Of a stretch of 64,000 bases of DNA, positions 19,909 through 30,760 are shown piece after piece. The stretch covers positions 110,059 through 174,058 of the forward strand of contig DASRHP010000012.1 in NCBI GenBank assembly GCA_035650475.1, written 5' to 3'. This stretch comes from Candidatus Binataceae bacterium. Its GTDB lineage: Bacteria > Desulfobacterota > Binatia > Binatales > Binataceae. Positions within the stretch are counted from its first letter, which is position 1. Every line of letters starts with the position of its first letter. The notes under the pieces are model-generated. The model had not been told where the DNA came from and made no database searches. It saw only the letters and a program-made list of their open reading frames with translations. Both the position numbers and the translations under genes were made by a program.

Positions 19909-20562
19909 ATGAGCCGCCTGCTCGCCGCGCTTTCGCATTTTGTCGAACGCACAGCCGCGGTCGCGCGTACGGGGCTCGCCTTCAGCCCGCACGGCTTCGA
20001 CGCCGAGCGCTACGAGGAGATGCTGCGCGAGGCGGCGGCCATGCGCGCGGCGCTCGACGGCGCCGGCGACGGCGAGGCGGAGGAGCTGCGGCGGCGATGG
20101 CGTGCGGAGGTGCGTGAAGGCTATGACGGCTATGTCACCGCGGCCTGCGGATGTGGTGTGATCGCATTCGACGAGCGCGGCGAGCTCCTGATGATCCGGC
20201 GCACCAACGGGCGCTGGTGGTATCCGACAGGCTTCTGCGAGGTCGGCGCGTCGCTGGCCGAGAACGCCGCCAAGGAAGCGCTCGAGGAGACCGGTCTGGT
20301 GGTGCGCCCGCTTCGTCTGATGGCGGTGATCGACAGCCGCAAGGCCGGCTCGGTCCATCGCCACATCTACTCCCATCTCTTTTACTGCCGGATCGAGGGC
20401 GGCGAGCTCAGACCCAATCCGCTGGAAGCGCTGGAAGCGGGCTTCTTCCCGCTCGAGCGCCTGCCCGAGCCGCTGCACGGCGTCGACCGAAAATGGATCG
20501 CGCTTGCGCGCGAATTCCACTTCGAAGGCCGCCGCGAGACCTATTTCGACCCGCTGGATTGA
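19909..20562 (+). CDS. NUDIX hydrolase with an N-terminal Nudix_N-type domain
   Basis: NUDIX box GFCEVGASLAENAAKEALEETGL, preceded by a ~90-aa helical N-domain. Confidence 0.7.
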   Translation: MSRLLAALSHFVERTAAVARTGLAFSPHGFDAERYEEMLREAAAMRAALDGAGDGEAEELRRRWRAEVREGYDGYVTAACGCGVIAFDERGELLMIRRTNGRWWYPTGFCEVGASLAENAAKEALEETGLVVRPLRLMAVIDSRKAGSVHRHIYSHLFYCRIEGGELRPNPLEALEAGFFPLERLPEPLHGVDRKWIALAREFHFEGRRETYFDPLD

Positions 20563-20580
20563 GCGGCACGCCGCACGGTC

Positions 20581-21371
20581 TCAAGCCGCGGTGGCCTGGC
20601 TGCGCTGGGCAACCCGCGCGGCCAGCCACATCGCGACTGCCGCGAACACGATCGTGATCCCGACCGAGGCCGCGGCGCCGGGCAGCGCGCCCAGCGCGTG
20701 CGGCTCGCCCAGATAAAGCGCTCGCCTGAGCGCCGCCATCCCGTAGCTCAGCGGATTTAGCCACATCACCCAGCGCAGCCATGCCGGCGCGCCGGCGGCG
20801 GGGAAAAATGCGCCCGACAGAAACCAGATTGGCACCAGGATCGAGTTCATAATCAGATGGAAGCCACGGGTCGATTCGATGCGCCATGCGATGAGCAGGC
20901 CGATGCAGTTGAAGGCGAACGCGATCAGCGCCATCACCGCGATCGAGGCGCATACGGCGGCTGCGCCGAGACGGATCCCGGCCAGCGGCGCGAGCACCAG
21001 GAACACGCATCCCTGGAACAGCGCCAGCGTGGTGCCGCCCAGCGCCTGGCCCGCGACCACCGTGTCGCGCGCGATCGGCGCAACCAGCACGCCCTGCAAG
21101 AAACCCTGGCGGCGGTCGTCAACGATGGCGATCGTCGCGAAGATCGCGGTGAACAGCAGCACCAGCATGATCACGCCGGGGTAAAAGTACTCGACGTAAT
21201 CGGTCCCGGTGGCCATCCCGCTGGGCCGGAATGAGGCGCGGAAGCCCCATCCGATAAGCACCCAGAAGATGAGCGGCTGGACGAAGGAGCCGACGATCAC
21301 GCTGCGCTGGCGCGCAAAGCGGATAATCTCGCGCTGCCACAGCGTCCACAGTTGCAGAGCGACCGCGCCCA

Positions 21372-21372
<1 letters not shown>
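20581..21372 (-). CDS. ABC-2 type transporter permease
   Basis: 263 aa with six predicted TM helices, ABC-2 family. It overlaps the upstream ATPase gene by one nucleotide. Confidence 0.75.
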
Positions 21373-22373
<1,001 letters not shown>

Positions 22374-22505
22374 CGCAATGAGGCGATCTTCAGACGACTT
22401 GCCCGCCAATTATTCCGCGCGCCAGCGCCGCCCGCAATCGGCCGCGCCGCGGATTTTGGAGCGCGATTGCGCCCACGCGGCGGCTCGGCTAAAGCCTTTT
22501 GCCTT

Positions 22506-23291
22506 GTGAGCGGGAAGCGGCGCGCGCGGATCGATCTTTTCGCCTTGTTCGAGCGGATGGAATGCCGCGGGCGCCTGCTCGACATTCCCGCCGGCGACGG
22601 CGTCGAGGCGGCGCGGCTTGCACGGATGGGGTTCGAGGTGGTCGGCGCCGATCTGTTCGCGCCGCCGCGGAGCGGCGCCTCTGCCGCGACGGGATGGGCG
22701 CGCGCCGATTGCAACGCGCCGCTGCCGTTTCGCACCGCCGCCTTCGACACGGTGCTTTCTCGCGAAGGCATCGAACATCTCGAAAATCAGGCCGGCTTTA
22801 TCCGCGAGTGCGCTCGCGTGCTGCGCCCGGGCGGCCGCCTGGTGCTGACCACGCCCAACGTGATGCATCTCGGCGCGCGGATGAGCATGCTGCTGACGGG
22901 GCAGCGCACGATGCGCCGCGGACTGGTCAACGAAGTCGAGACCCTGCGCGGGCGCGCGGGCGGCCGTTACTACCACGGCCACGTCTTTCTCATCGACTAC
23001 TTCCGGCTGCGTTACCTGATGCGTCTGGCGGGGTTTGGCGCGATCGAGGTTCACACCGATCGCTTCAGCCCCTCATCACTCGCGCTGGCCTGGATGGTTC
23101 CGCTGATGTATGGGGCGTCGCGGCTATCGGTTTTCGCCTTTCGGCGCAAGGCGAATCAGCATCGTCGCACCGTGGCGCCAGCCGTGCTGACGGCCGAGAT
23201 CCGGCGCCACGTCTTTTCGCCCGCGCTGCTTTTCGGCAAACGGATGGTGGTGACGGCCGTGCGCGAGCAGGATGGCGCCGGAGAGCGCTGA
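22506..23291 (+). CDS. class I SAM-dependent methyltransferase
   Basis: LLDIPAGDGVEAARLARMGFEVVGADL (motif I) and VLRPGGRLVLTTPN (post-II). GTG start. The upstream part of the ORF-track frame is antisense to the ABC ATPase. Confidence 0.65.
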   Translation: MSGKRRARIDLFALFERMECRGRLLDIPAGDGVEAARLARMGFEVVGADLFAPPRSGASAATGWARADCNAPLPFRTAAFDTVLSREGIEHLENQAGFIRECARVLRPGGRLVLTTPNVMHLGARMSMLLTGQRTMRRGLVNEVETLRGRAGGRYYHGHVFLIDYFRLRYLMRLAGFGAIEVHTDRFSPSSLALAWMVPLMYGASRLSVFAFRRKANQHRRTVAPAVLTAEIRRHVFSPALLFGKRMVVTAVREQDGAGER

Positions 23292-23425
23292 CGCCTGATC
23301 TCACGTGAGCGGGATATACCGTGTGGTTGCTATCCAATGCGCATGCTATTTAACAAACGGCTGCCGTCGCCGACGGCTGCCGAGCGGGCAGGCGCGCAGG
23401 ATGCGGCGCAACGGGGGACGAATCG

Positions 23426-24505
23426 ATGGCGGAGTTCGCTTTCGGAATTTTCGATCATATTGAGCGCCGCGATCATGACCTCGGCGAGCTTTACGAGGGA
23501 CGCCTGCGCCTGCTCGAGCTCGCCGAGCAAGCGGGTTTCTATTGCTATCACGTCGCCGAGCATCACGGGACGCCGCTGGGGATGGCGCCGTCGCCGGGAA
23601 TCTTTCTCGGCGCGGTGGCGCAGCGTACCCGGCGCATCCATTTCGGCCCGCTGGTTTACCTGCTGCCGCTGTACAACCCGATCCGCCTCGCCGAAGAAAT
23701 CTGCATGCTCGACCAGCTAAGCGGCGGGCGGATGGAAGTCGGGGTCGGCCGCGGTGTGTCGCCCTTTGAGCTGGCGTACTTCAACGTTCCGTTCCTGGAG
23801 TCGCGCGAGATTTTCGAGGAGGCGCTCGACGTGATCGTCGCCGCGCTGCGCAACGAGCGCATCGCCCATCGCGGCGAACACTACAACGTACGCGGCTTCC
23901 CGATGGAATTGCGGCCCAAGCAGACGCCCAATCCGCCGTTCTGGTACGCCAGCTCCAATCCCGAGCACGTCGTCTATGCCGGGCGGCGCGGCATGAATCT
24001 GGTCGGTGTCGGGACGGCTGCGCTGCTGAGCAAATCGGCCGCGGCCTTCCGCGGCGCCTGGAGCGAACACCATCGCCGCCCTGAGAGCATCAATCCGCAG
24101 GTTGCCGAGCCCAAAATAGGCGCGGTACGCCACGTTTACGTCGGGCCGGACGACAGCGCCGCGATGGTTCAGGCGCGGCCGGCCTACAAGGCTTATTACA
24201 ACAATCTCCAGAAGCTGTGGCGCGACTTCTACACGGTCGAGACGCACTTCACCGACGACCTTGACCTCGCCTGCCGGCACGAGGCAGCGATCGTCGGCTC
24301 GCCGGGTGCGGTCGCCGACGCGGTCGGCCGGTTCTTCGAAGAGAGCGGATGCAATTACCTGATCCTGTCGTTTGCGTGGGGCAGCCTGAGCCAGGAGCAG
24401 TCGGAGCGCTCGCTCGAATTGTTCGCAAGCAAAGTGATGCCGCAGTTCGCGCCGCATTCCGCAGGCGCTGCGGCGCAGGGCAGAGTGCGCACGGCCCGCG
24501 CATGA
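23426..24505 (+). CDS. LLM-class (luciferase-like) flavin-dependent oxidoreductase
   Basis: MAEFAFGIFDH...YHVAEHHGTPLGMAPSP...LSGGRMEVGVGRG is typical of the bacterial luciferase family. Confidence 0.8.
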   Translation: MAEFAFGIFDHIERRDHDLGELYEGRLRLLELAEQAGFYCYHVAEHHGTPLGMAPSPGIFLGAVAQRTRRIHFGPLVYLLPLYNPIRLAEEICMLDQLSGGRMEVGVGRGVSPFELAYFNVPFLESREIFEEALDVIVAALRNERIAHRGEHYNVRGFPMELRPKQTPNPPFWYASSNPEHVVYAGRRGMNLVGVGTAALLSKSAAAFRGAWSEHHRRPESINPQVAEPKIGAVRHVYVGPDDSAAMVQARPAYKAYYNNLQKLWRDFYTVETHFTDDLDLACRHEAAIVGSPGAVADAVGRFFEESGCNYLILSFAWGSLSQEQSERSLELFASKVMPQFAPHSAGAAAQGRVRTARA

Positions 24506-24596
24506 GAGACGGGCAAGGCGCGAGTTGCGATGGTTGCGCGGCGGACGCGGCGCGCGTCGGGCGGCGCGACGGCCGCGCAGGGGCGGGGCGTCGCTG

Positions 24597-25907
24597 ATGG
24601 ATGAGGCGCGGGCGCAGTCGCAGCCGGCCGCCAACGCCGGCGGGCCCAGGCCGGGCGCGTCGGCGGGCTTTATTCCGCCCTCGCGCGCCTACATGTGGCG
24701 ACTACTCGGTCTGCTCATCCCGGCGACCATCTTCGAAGGCTACGACATCACTATCTTCCATCTTTGCACGCCCGACATCGCCGCGACCTTCCATTTGGGC
24801 AACGAAGCGATTGGGGTGATCGCGTCGATCGTGCGCTTCGGCACCATTATGTCGTTCGTGGTGGTGGCGGCCTCCGACCGCTTCGGGCGCAAGCCGATCA
24901 TCTCGGTCACGGTGCTGCTCTACGGCCTGTTCACGCTGCTGACCGGGCTGTCGCGCGGCCTGCTCACGTTCACCGCGTTCCAGACCTGCTCGCAGGTCTT
25001 TTTGGCCTCCGAGTTCGGGATGGCGATCGTGATCATCAGCGAGGAATTTCCCGACGATCTGCGGGGGCGCGCGATCGCCGGCTTTCACATGGCGGCTTTC
25101 GTCGGCGTCGCGATAGCGGGGTCGCTCTATGGCCAGGTGGCGGAGTCGGCGTGGGGTTGGCGCGGGATGTATCTGCTCGGCGTCGCGCCGCTGGCGCTGG
25201 TGGCTTTCCTCAGGCGCTACGTGCGCGAGACCGCGCGCTTCCTCGCGATGCGCGAGAGCCGGCCGCAGCACGAAAGCTTTGGCGAGCGGGTGCGCGAGCA
25301 CATCCGGCTCTTCCGCGGCCCTTATCGCGGGCGGCTGATTCTGGTCGCAATTCTGGCCAACAGCGTGGGCTTCGTCGGTGGCCCGACGATCACCTACTTC
25401 AGCCTCTTCGCCAAACGCGACCATCAGTGGACTTCGCCGCAGGTGGGGACGGCGATCATCGCCGCCTACCTGATGGCGACGGTGGGGACGATCCTGTGCG
25501 GCTACCTGCTCGACCTGATCGGTCGCCGGATCACAACCAGCCTGTTTTACCTCGGCGCGGCGGCGTCGATGGCGGCGCTGTTCCAGTCCACCCATCATCA
25601 CATGATCCTGGGCGCGTTCATGGCCACGATGTTTGCCTATCAGGGGGCGCGCACCGCGACCGCGGCATTTGCCGCTGAGCTTTTTCCCACCGAGATTCGC
25701 GCCGCCGGGTACAGCAGCACCATCCAGACCCTTGGCCAGCTCGCATGGTTCATCAGCCCGGTGACGGTGGGCGTACTCTCGATGCATCTGGGCGGGCTGG
25801 GCAACGCGGCGGCGACCTGCGCACTCGGCCCGCTGATCGGCGCGGTGCTGATCGTGCTGTTCGCCCCCGAGACTCGCGGCAAAACACTCGAAGAACTGGC
25901 GCTATAG
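24597..25907 (+). CDS. MFS transporter
   Basis: Twelve predicted TM helices and the MFS motif DRFGRKP between TM2 and TM3. The start could be 24696 instead. Confidence 0.8.
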   Translation: MDEARAQSQPAANAGGPRPGASAGFIPPSRAYMWRLLGLLIPATIFEGYDITIFHLCTPDIAATFHLGNEAIGVIASIVRFGTIMSFVVVAASDRFGRKPIISVTVLLYGLFTLLTGLSRGLLTFTAFQTCSQVFLASEFGMAIVIISEEFPDDLRGRAIAGFHMAAFVGVAIAGSLYGQVAESAWGWRGMYLLGVAPLALVAFLRRYVRETARFLAMRESRPQHESFGERVREHIRLFRGPYRGRLILVAILANSVGFVGGPTITYFSLFAKRDHQWTSPQVGTAIIAAYLMATVGTILCGYLLDLIGRRITTSLFYLGAAASMAALFQSTHHHMILGAFMATMFAYQGARTATAAFAAELFPTEIRAAGYSSTIQTLGQLAWFISPVTVGVLSMHLGGLGNAAATCALGPLIGAVLIVLFAPETRGKTLEELAL

Positions 25908-26039
25908 CCGCGCGGTTGACCCTCGCCGCATGCGGGGTGTAAACGGCAGGTGGCCGCAGCCGCGCGGGGCTAGGCGCTCGCTGTCCGTCGCGCCCGCGCG
26001 TCGCGGTCCACGTCCTGTTGCGAGCGGAAGGTGGTTGCG

Positions 26040-27080
26040 ATGAAAGCTGCGGTCCTGCACGAGTACGACGAAGCGCTGAAACGGCCCGAATTCGTCCGCT
26101 ACGAGAACATCCCGGAGCCAAAGATCGAAAAGCCCACCGACGTCATCGTACGCATCGGTGGCGCCGGCGTCTGCCGCACCGACCTGCACGTGGTCGAGGG
26201 GCTGTGGCGGTCCAGAATCCAGGTCAAGCTTCCCTACGTGATGGGGCACGAGAACGCCGGATGGGTCGAGGAGGTCGGCAACGCGGTGGAGACGTTCAAG
26301 CGCGGCGACCCGGTCATCTGCCATCCGCTCGCCAGCGCCGGCGACTCGCTGGCGGCGCGCCGCGGTAATGACATGCACGGCGGCGGGAGCTTTCCGGGGC
26401 TCGATTCCAACGGCGGCTATGCGGAGCTGTTGAAGACCAACGTTCGCGCGCTGATCAAGCTGCCGCGCACGTTGGCACCCAAGGACGTCGCTCCCCACGC
26501 CGATGCGGGCATCACCGCCTATCACGCGGCGAAGAAGGCGGCGCGCCATTTGTTGCCCGGCGACTGGGCGGTCGTGATCGGCGTGGGCGGCCTCGGCCAC
26601 ATTGGCGTCCAGGTCCTGCGCGCGCTCTGCGCGGCGGCGATTGTGGCGGTCGATCGCTCGGAGCTTGCGCTCGATCTGGCGCGCGAGTGCGGCGCCGATC
26701 ATCTGCTGCGCGCCGACGGTAACGAGGTCGAGGCGGTGATGCGGCTTACCGGCGGTGCCGGCGCGCAGGCGGTGCTGGACTTCGTGGGCGAGGGCGACGC
26801 GGTCGGCAACGGCCTGCGCATGACCGCGAACGGCGGCTGTTATTACGTCGTCGGCTACGGCGGCAAGCTGGAAGTGCCCACGATGGATCTCATCGCGGGC
26901 GAAAAGACGATCGTCGGCAACCTGGTTGGCACCTACTCCGACCTGGTTGAGCTAATGGCGTTGGCGGAGCGCGGCCGGGTCAAGCTGGCGACGAAAGAAT
27001 ACAGGCTGAGCGAGGCCAACGCCGCGCTGCACGACCTCGCCGCCGGCCGGGTCAAGGGACGCGCCGTGCTTATCCCGTGA
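26040..27080 (+). CDS. zinc-dependent alcohol dehydrogenase (MDR family)
   Basis: GGAGVCRTDLHVVEG (catalytic Zn), GHENAG, and a GVGGLGHIGVQ Rossmann motif. Confidence 0.85.
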   Translation: MKAAVLHEYDEALKRPEFVRYENIPEPKIEKPTDVIVRIGGAGVCRTDLHVVEGLWRSRIQVKLPYVMGHENAGWVEEVGNAVETFKRGDPVICHPLASAGDSLAARRGNDMHGGGSFPGLDSNGGYAELLKTNVRALIKLPRTLAPKDVAPHADAGITAYHAAKKAARHLLPGDWAVVIGVGGLGHIGVQVLRALCAAAIVAVDRSELALDLARECGADHLLRADGNEVEAVMRLTGGAGAQAVLDFVGEGDAVGNGLRMTANGGCYYVVGYGGKLEVPTMDLIAGEKTIVGNLVGTYSDLVELMALAERGRVKLATKEYRLSEANAALHDLAAGRVKGRAVLIP

Positions 27081-27113
27081 CCGACTCGGCGCAAAGCGCG
27101 AGCGAGCGACGGA

Positions 27114-28154
27114 TTGCGAGTCAGGAACGAGGAGGAGCCGGTGATTCGCACAGCCAACGGCGAGGAGATTTTCGTCATCGACGCCCACGTCCATCTGTGG
27201 GACGGAAGCGAAGCCAATCAGCTTAACGTCCACGGCGCCGAGTTCATCAACTGCTTCTATGACTTTCACAAGGCGCTGACGCCCGAGCCGTACCTGTGGC
27301 CGGCCGAGAAGTTCCGCAAGTACGATCCGCAGACGATGCATGACGACCTGTTTGTTGCCGGTCCCGACGACCTCGCAATTTGCCAGCCGACCTACCTCAC
27401 GGATTTCTACCGCGAGGGCTTCAACACCACCGAGCAGAACGCGCGGATGAAGGAGCTCTACCCGGAGCGCTTCATCCTCAACGGCGCCTTCGATCCGCGC
27501 GACGGCGAAGCCGGGCTCGACTATCTGCACGAACTGGTCGAGAAGTACCGCATCAAGGGCGTCAAGCTGTACACGGCGGAATGGCGCGGCGCCTCGCGTG
27601 GCTACAAGCTGAGCGATCCGTGGGCCGAGCGCTACCTGGAGAAATGCCAGGCGCTGGGGGTGACCAACATTCACGTGCACAAGGGGCCGACCATCCATCC
27701 GCTCAGCCGCGACGCTTTCGACGTTGCCGACATCGACGAGGCGGCGACCAACTTTCCCGCGCTCAACTTCATCGTCGATCACGTCGGGCTGCCGCGGCTC
27801 GACGACTTCTGCTGGATCGCGAGCCAGGAGCCCAACGTTTACGGCGGGCTGGCGGTGGCGATCGCGTTCGTCCATGCGCGGCCGCGCTACTTCGCCCAGA
27901 TCATGGCGGAGCTGCTGTTCTGGCTCGGCGAGGATCGTCTGCTGTTTGGCAGCGACTACGCGATTTGGAATCCGAAGTGGATCGTCGAGGAGTTCATGGC
28001 GTTCGAGATGCCGGATGACCTGCTCAAGGAGACCGGGCGCAACCTCACGCTGGAGGGCAAGCGCAAAATCCTGGGCGGAAACGCGGCTCGCCTCTATGGC
28101 ATCGATATCGAGGCGCATCGCAGCAAGCTGCACGCCGGCGAACGCCGGAGTTGA
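27114..28154 (+). CDS. amidohydrolase-2 family metal-dependent hydrolase/decarboxylase
   Basis: IDAHVHLW metal-binding motif and a TIM-barrel amidohydrolase_2 fold (ACMSD/LigW-like). Confidence 0.75.
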   Translation: MRVRNEEEPVIRTANGEEIFVIDAHVHLWDGSEANQLNVHGAEFINCFYDFHKALTPEPYLWPAEKFRKYDPQTMHDDLFVAGPDDLAICQPTYLTDFYREGFNTTEQNARMKELYPERFILNGAFDPRDGEAGLDYLHELVEKYRIKGVKLYTAEWRGASRGYKLSDPWAERYLEKCQALGVTNIHVHKGPTIHPLSRDAFDVADIDEAATNFPALNFIVDHVGLPRLDDFCWIASQEPNVYGGLAVAIAFVHARPRYFAQIMAELLFWLGEDRLLFGSDYAIWNPKWIVEEFMAFEMPDDLLKETGRNLTLEGKRKILGGNAARLYGIDIEAHRSKLHAGERRS

Positions 28155-28171
28155 GGGGCACGGCCCTTGCC

Positions 28172-28921
28172 ATGGACGAATCGATAATCGCGGCCGGCCC
28201 TGATGCGCAGCGCGATGCGCGGCTGGCGGCGCTGCGGGCACAGCTTGCGGCCGTACTCGACCCCGAGCTCGACGAGCCGATTACTGAGCTGGGCTTCGTC
28301 GAAGCCGTCGAGGCCGGCACGGACGGGCGGGTGCGGGTTCGGCTGCGCCTGCCGACCTATTGGTGCGCCGCGAATTTCGCTTTTATGATAGCGGCTGACG
28401 TGCGCCAGCGCTTGGCCGAGCTTCCCTGGGTACGCGCCATCGCCGTTGAGCTGGCCGACCACTACTGCGGAGGCGAAATCGGCCGCGCAGTGAGCCAGGG
28501 CCATTCGTTCGCCGCCGCGTTTGCAGACCAACCGGGGGGCGACCTCGACGAGCTGCGCGCGATCTTTCGCGCCAAGGCGTTCATGCGCCGCCAGGAGCGG
28601 CTCGGGCGCTATCTGCTCGCGCGCGGGTGCGTGCCCGCTGAGCTGGCCGCGATGAGCATCGGCGAACTGGCGGCCCTGCCGCTGACTGACGCCGACGGCG
28701 CGCGCCTGCGCGAACTTTATCTCGAAGCGCGCCGCGCGCGGCGCGACGGTCGCACGGAGGCGGCGCCCGCGCTGGTGCGGAGCGACGGGCGCGCGCTTTG
28801 CTCCGAGGAACTTGCCGGCTACCTTGCCGGGCTGCGCCGCGTCACTCTCAACATCGAATTCAACGCCGAGCTCTGCCGCGGGCTGCTGCGCGCGCGAACC
28901 GAGCGGACGGTCTCACGCTAG
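28172..28921 (+). CDS. DUF59 (MIP18/SufT-like) Fe-S assembly domain protein with a C-terminal extension
   Basis: LDPELDEPITELGFVEAVEAG...VRVRLRLPTYWC matches the DUF59 core. It overlaps the amidohydrolase stop, suggesting co-translation. Confidence 0.55.
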   Translation: MDESIIAAGPDAQRDARLAALRAQLAAVLDPELDEPITELGFVEAVEAGTDGRVRVRLRLPTYWCAANFAFMIAADVRQRLAELPWVRAIAVELADHYCGGEIGRAVSQGHSFAAAFADQPGGDLDELRAIFRAKAFMRRQERLGRYLLARGCVPAELAAMSIGELAALPLTDADGARLRELYLEARRARRDGRTEAAPALVRSDGRALCSEELAGYLAGLRRVTLNIEFNAELCRGLLRARTERTVSR

Positions 28922-29394
28922 TATGCGCGCTCGACGCTGAAGCGGCCCTGCTCGATGTATCCGCCGCCCTGCATGCAGAAGTAGGTTCCCGCCATCGCGT
29001 CGTCCGCGCGCCGTCCGTTGAACAGGCAGCTTGAGCCGTCAGGCATCATCACGCGCAGGCCGATGCCGCCGCCTTCGCGCTCCCTGCCGTTCGCGATCAC
29101 GCCGCTCGTATTGCTCTCGCGGCAGACCATCGTGCCCGCCGCGCACGTGTAGGTTCCGCTGAGGGCCGAGCCCTGCTGCACTATGTGCAGCGTGATTTTA
29201 ACTGTCGCGTTGCAGCGGCGGGCCTCGGGCTGGAGCGGCTGGCATCCGGCGGTCGAGGTTCCCTGCCAGAAGCCGCTTGTGCCGCGGGCGGAGGCCGCCG
29301 GCGCCGCCGGGGGCTGCAGGCTTCGCATCTCCGCGGCCCCGCAGCCGACGACGAACAGCGTCGCCATCGCCGCGCACACAATCGGGACCGCCAT
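28918..29394 (-). CDS. Cys-rich lipoprotein, paralog of the 1138..1740 gene (alternative upstream start at 29448)
   Basis: Signal peptide with a VVGC lipobox, six conserved Cys, and a C-terminus (RVMMPDGSSCLFNGRRADDAMAGTYFCMQGGGYIEQG) shared with the 1138..1740 protein. Confidence 0.7.
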   Translation of the reverse strand: MAVPIVCAAMATLFVVGCGAAEMRSLQPPAAPAASARGTSGFWQGTSTAGCQPLQPEARRCNATVKITLHIVQQGSALSGTYTCAAGTMVCRESNTSGVIANGREREGGGIGLRVMMPDGSSCLFNGRRADDAMAGTYFCMQGGGYIEQGRFSVERAY

Positions 29395-29472
29395 TTTGCC
29401 AGCCAGCTTCAACGGAGCGTCAGTCCGTCCCGACGGCCGGGGCAGCAACCTTCTGGATTAGACGATCAGACG

Positions 29473-30102
29473 TCAGTTCGCTTCGATCCCCATCAATGCG
29501 AGCGCGCGGGCCGCGCCGCGTAGCAGCGGCATCAGCGCCAGATGGGCGAGCCGCCCGAACGGCAGCCAGACCATCAACAACTCCGCGCTCAGCAGATGCG
29601 CGGTGAGCAGGGCGGCCCATGGCGGGGTGAGCGAAGCGCCGCCGAGATGGGGGAAGGCGAGCAGCCCGGTGAGCAGCGGCGCAAGCACAACCAGCCAGCT
29701 GAAGTATTCGTCGAGCCGCGCGCGCAGCGTGCGCGGCTCCTCGTCGGGCGGACGATGGATCAGTACGGCCACCATTGCGGCGATCGTGAGCGCGCCCGCG
29801 AACCAGACCAGTCCAATCGGCAGCCCCGGCCATCCGATACCCGTCAGGTCACGCACGAGCTGGATGTGCGGGACAAAGCCGAACAGCACGATCAGCAGCC
29901 CGACATGCATGACGTAGCTTTCGATCTGCCAGTGTCCACGTCCGAGCCAGAATTGCTTGCGCGCCCAGTAGAGGTCGCGCTCGGAGCGCGCGAGCGCGTA
30001 GACGGCGACCCGCCAGCAGATGCCGAACACCATGATAACCAGCGCCCAGTGCAAACCCGGCCCGCGTGCGAAGACGAGAAGGTCCATTTTGCTTCCGGTC
30101 AT
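29473..30102 (-). CDS. NarI/DsrM-like di-heme cytochrome b membrane subunit (putative quinone-interacting)
   Basis: About 210 aa with five predicted TM helices and conserved His in the helices. The ATGA start overlaps the stop of the upstream tetraheme cytochrome. Confidence 0.5.
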   Translation of the reverse strand: MTGSKMDLLVFARGPGLHWALVIMVFGICWRVAVYALARSERDLYWARKQFWLGRGHWQIESYVMHVGLLIVLFGFVPHIQLVRDLTGIGWPGLPIGLVWFAGALTIAAMVAVLIHRPPDEEPRTLRARLDEYFSWLVVLAPLLTGLLAFPHLGGASLTPPWAALLTAHLLSAELLMVWLPFGRLAHLALMPLLRGAARALALMGIEAN

Positions 30103-30760
30103 CGCTTGCGCCGCCTCCGCGCGCGCATCCGGCGCCATCCGCCGAATACGATTCCGGCCAGCACGCCCAAAAGCGCGGCGTCACGCCAGGTGCGCGACTG
30201 GTTCCAGCCTTCGAGCGCAGCGTGCGGCGTGAGCTGGAAGGCGGCACTGGTGGGGATCATCACCAGGTGGCAATCGAAACACGCCATCCGTCGCATCCCG
30301 TGGGTCTCGCCATGCCAGAAAGCTTCGTCGTGACACTCCAGGCAGGCTTGGTTGGCGCGCTCGATCGACTGTCCGCGGTCGATACGAAACTCAATCAGGT
30401 TGCCCACGCCTAGCCCGCCGCCCGATTCGGCATGCGCGCTGCCGGGACCGTGGCATCCCTCGCACCCCCTGCGCTCGAGGTCGTTTTGCGGTTTGACGAG
30501 AAACAACTCGCCCATCTTGGTGCGCGCGAAGTCCAGCGCCAGCTCCTGATGGCACGCATAGCAGTAAACGCTGCCGATGTATTTCGGCGGTGCGGGCCGG
30601 TAGGCGACGCCCGCCGGTTGGGATGCCGTAGGTGCCGCGCCATCGGCGCCCGATGCGCGGTAGGTTCCGGCGGCAATCACCACGACCATCGACGCCAGCG
30701 TCACGGCGCGACGCGCGATGGTGGCGGAGGCCCGCGGTCGAACACCGGTTGTAATGCGTC
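30099..30760 (-). CDS. membrane-anchored tetraheme cytochrome c (NapC/NrfH-like)
   Basis: Four CxxCH motifs (CYACH, CEGCH, CLECH, CFDCH). Hydrophobic N-terminal anchor and a C-terminal TM helix. The upstream ORF extension to 31238 looks non-coding. Confidence 0.65.

Noticed and set aside
26952-28241. 429-aa minus-strand ORF
   Set aside because: Antisense to the amidohydrolase gene.
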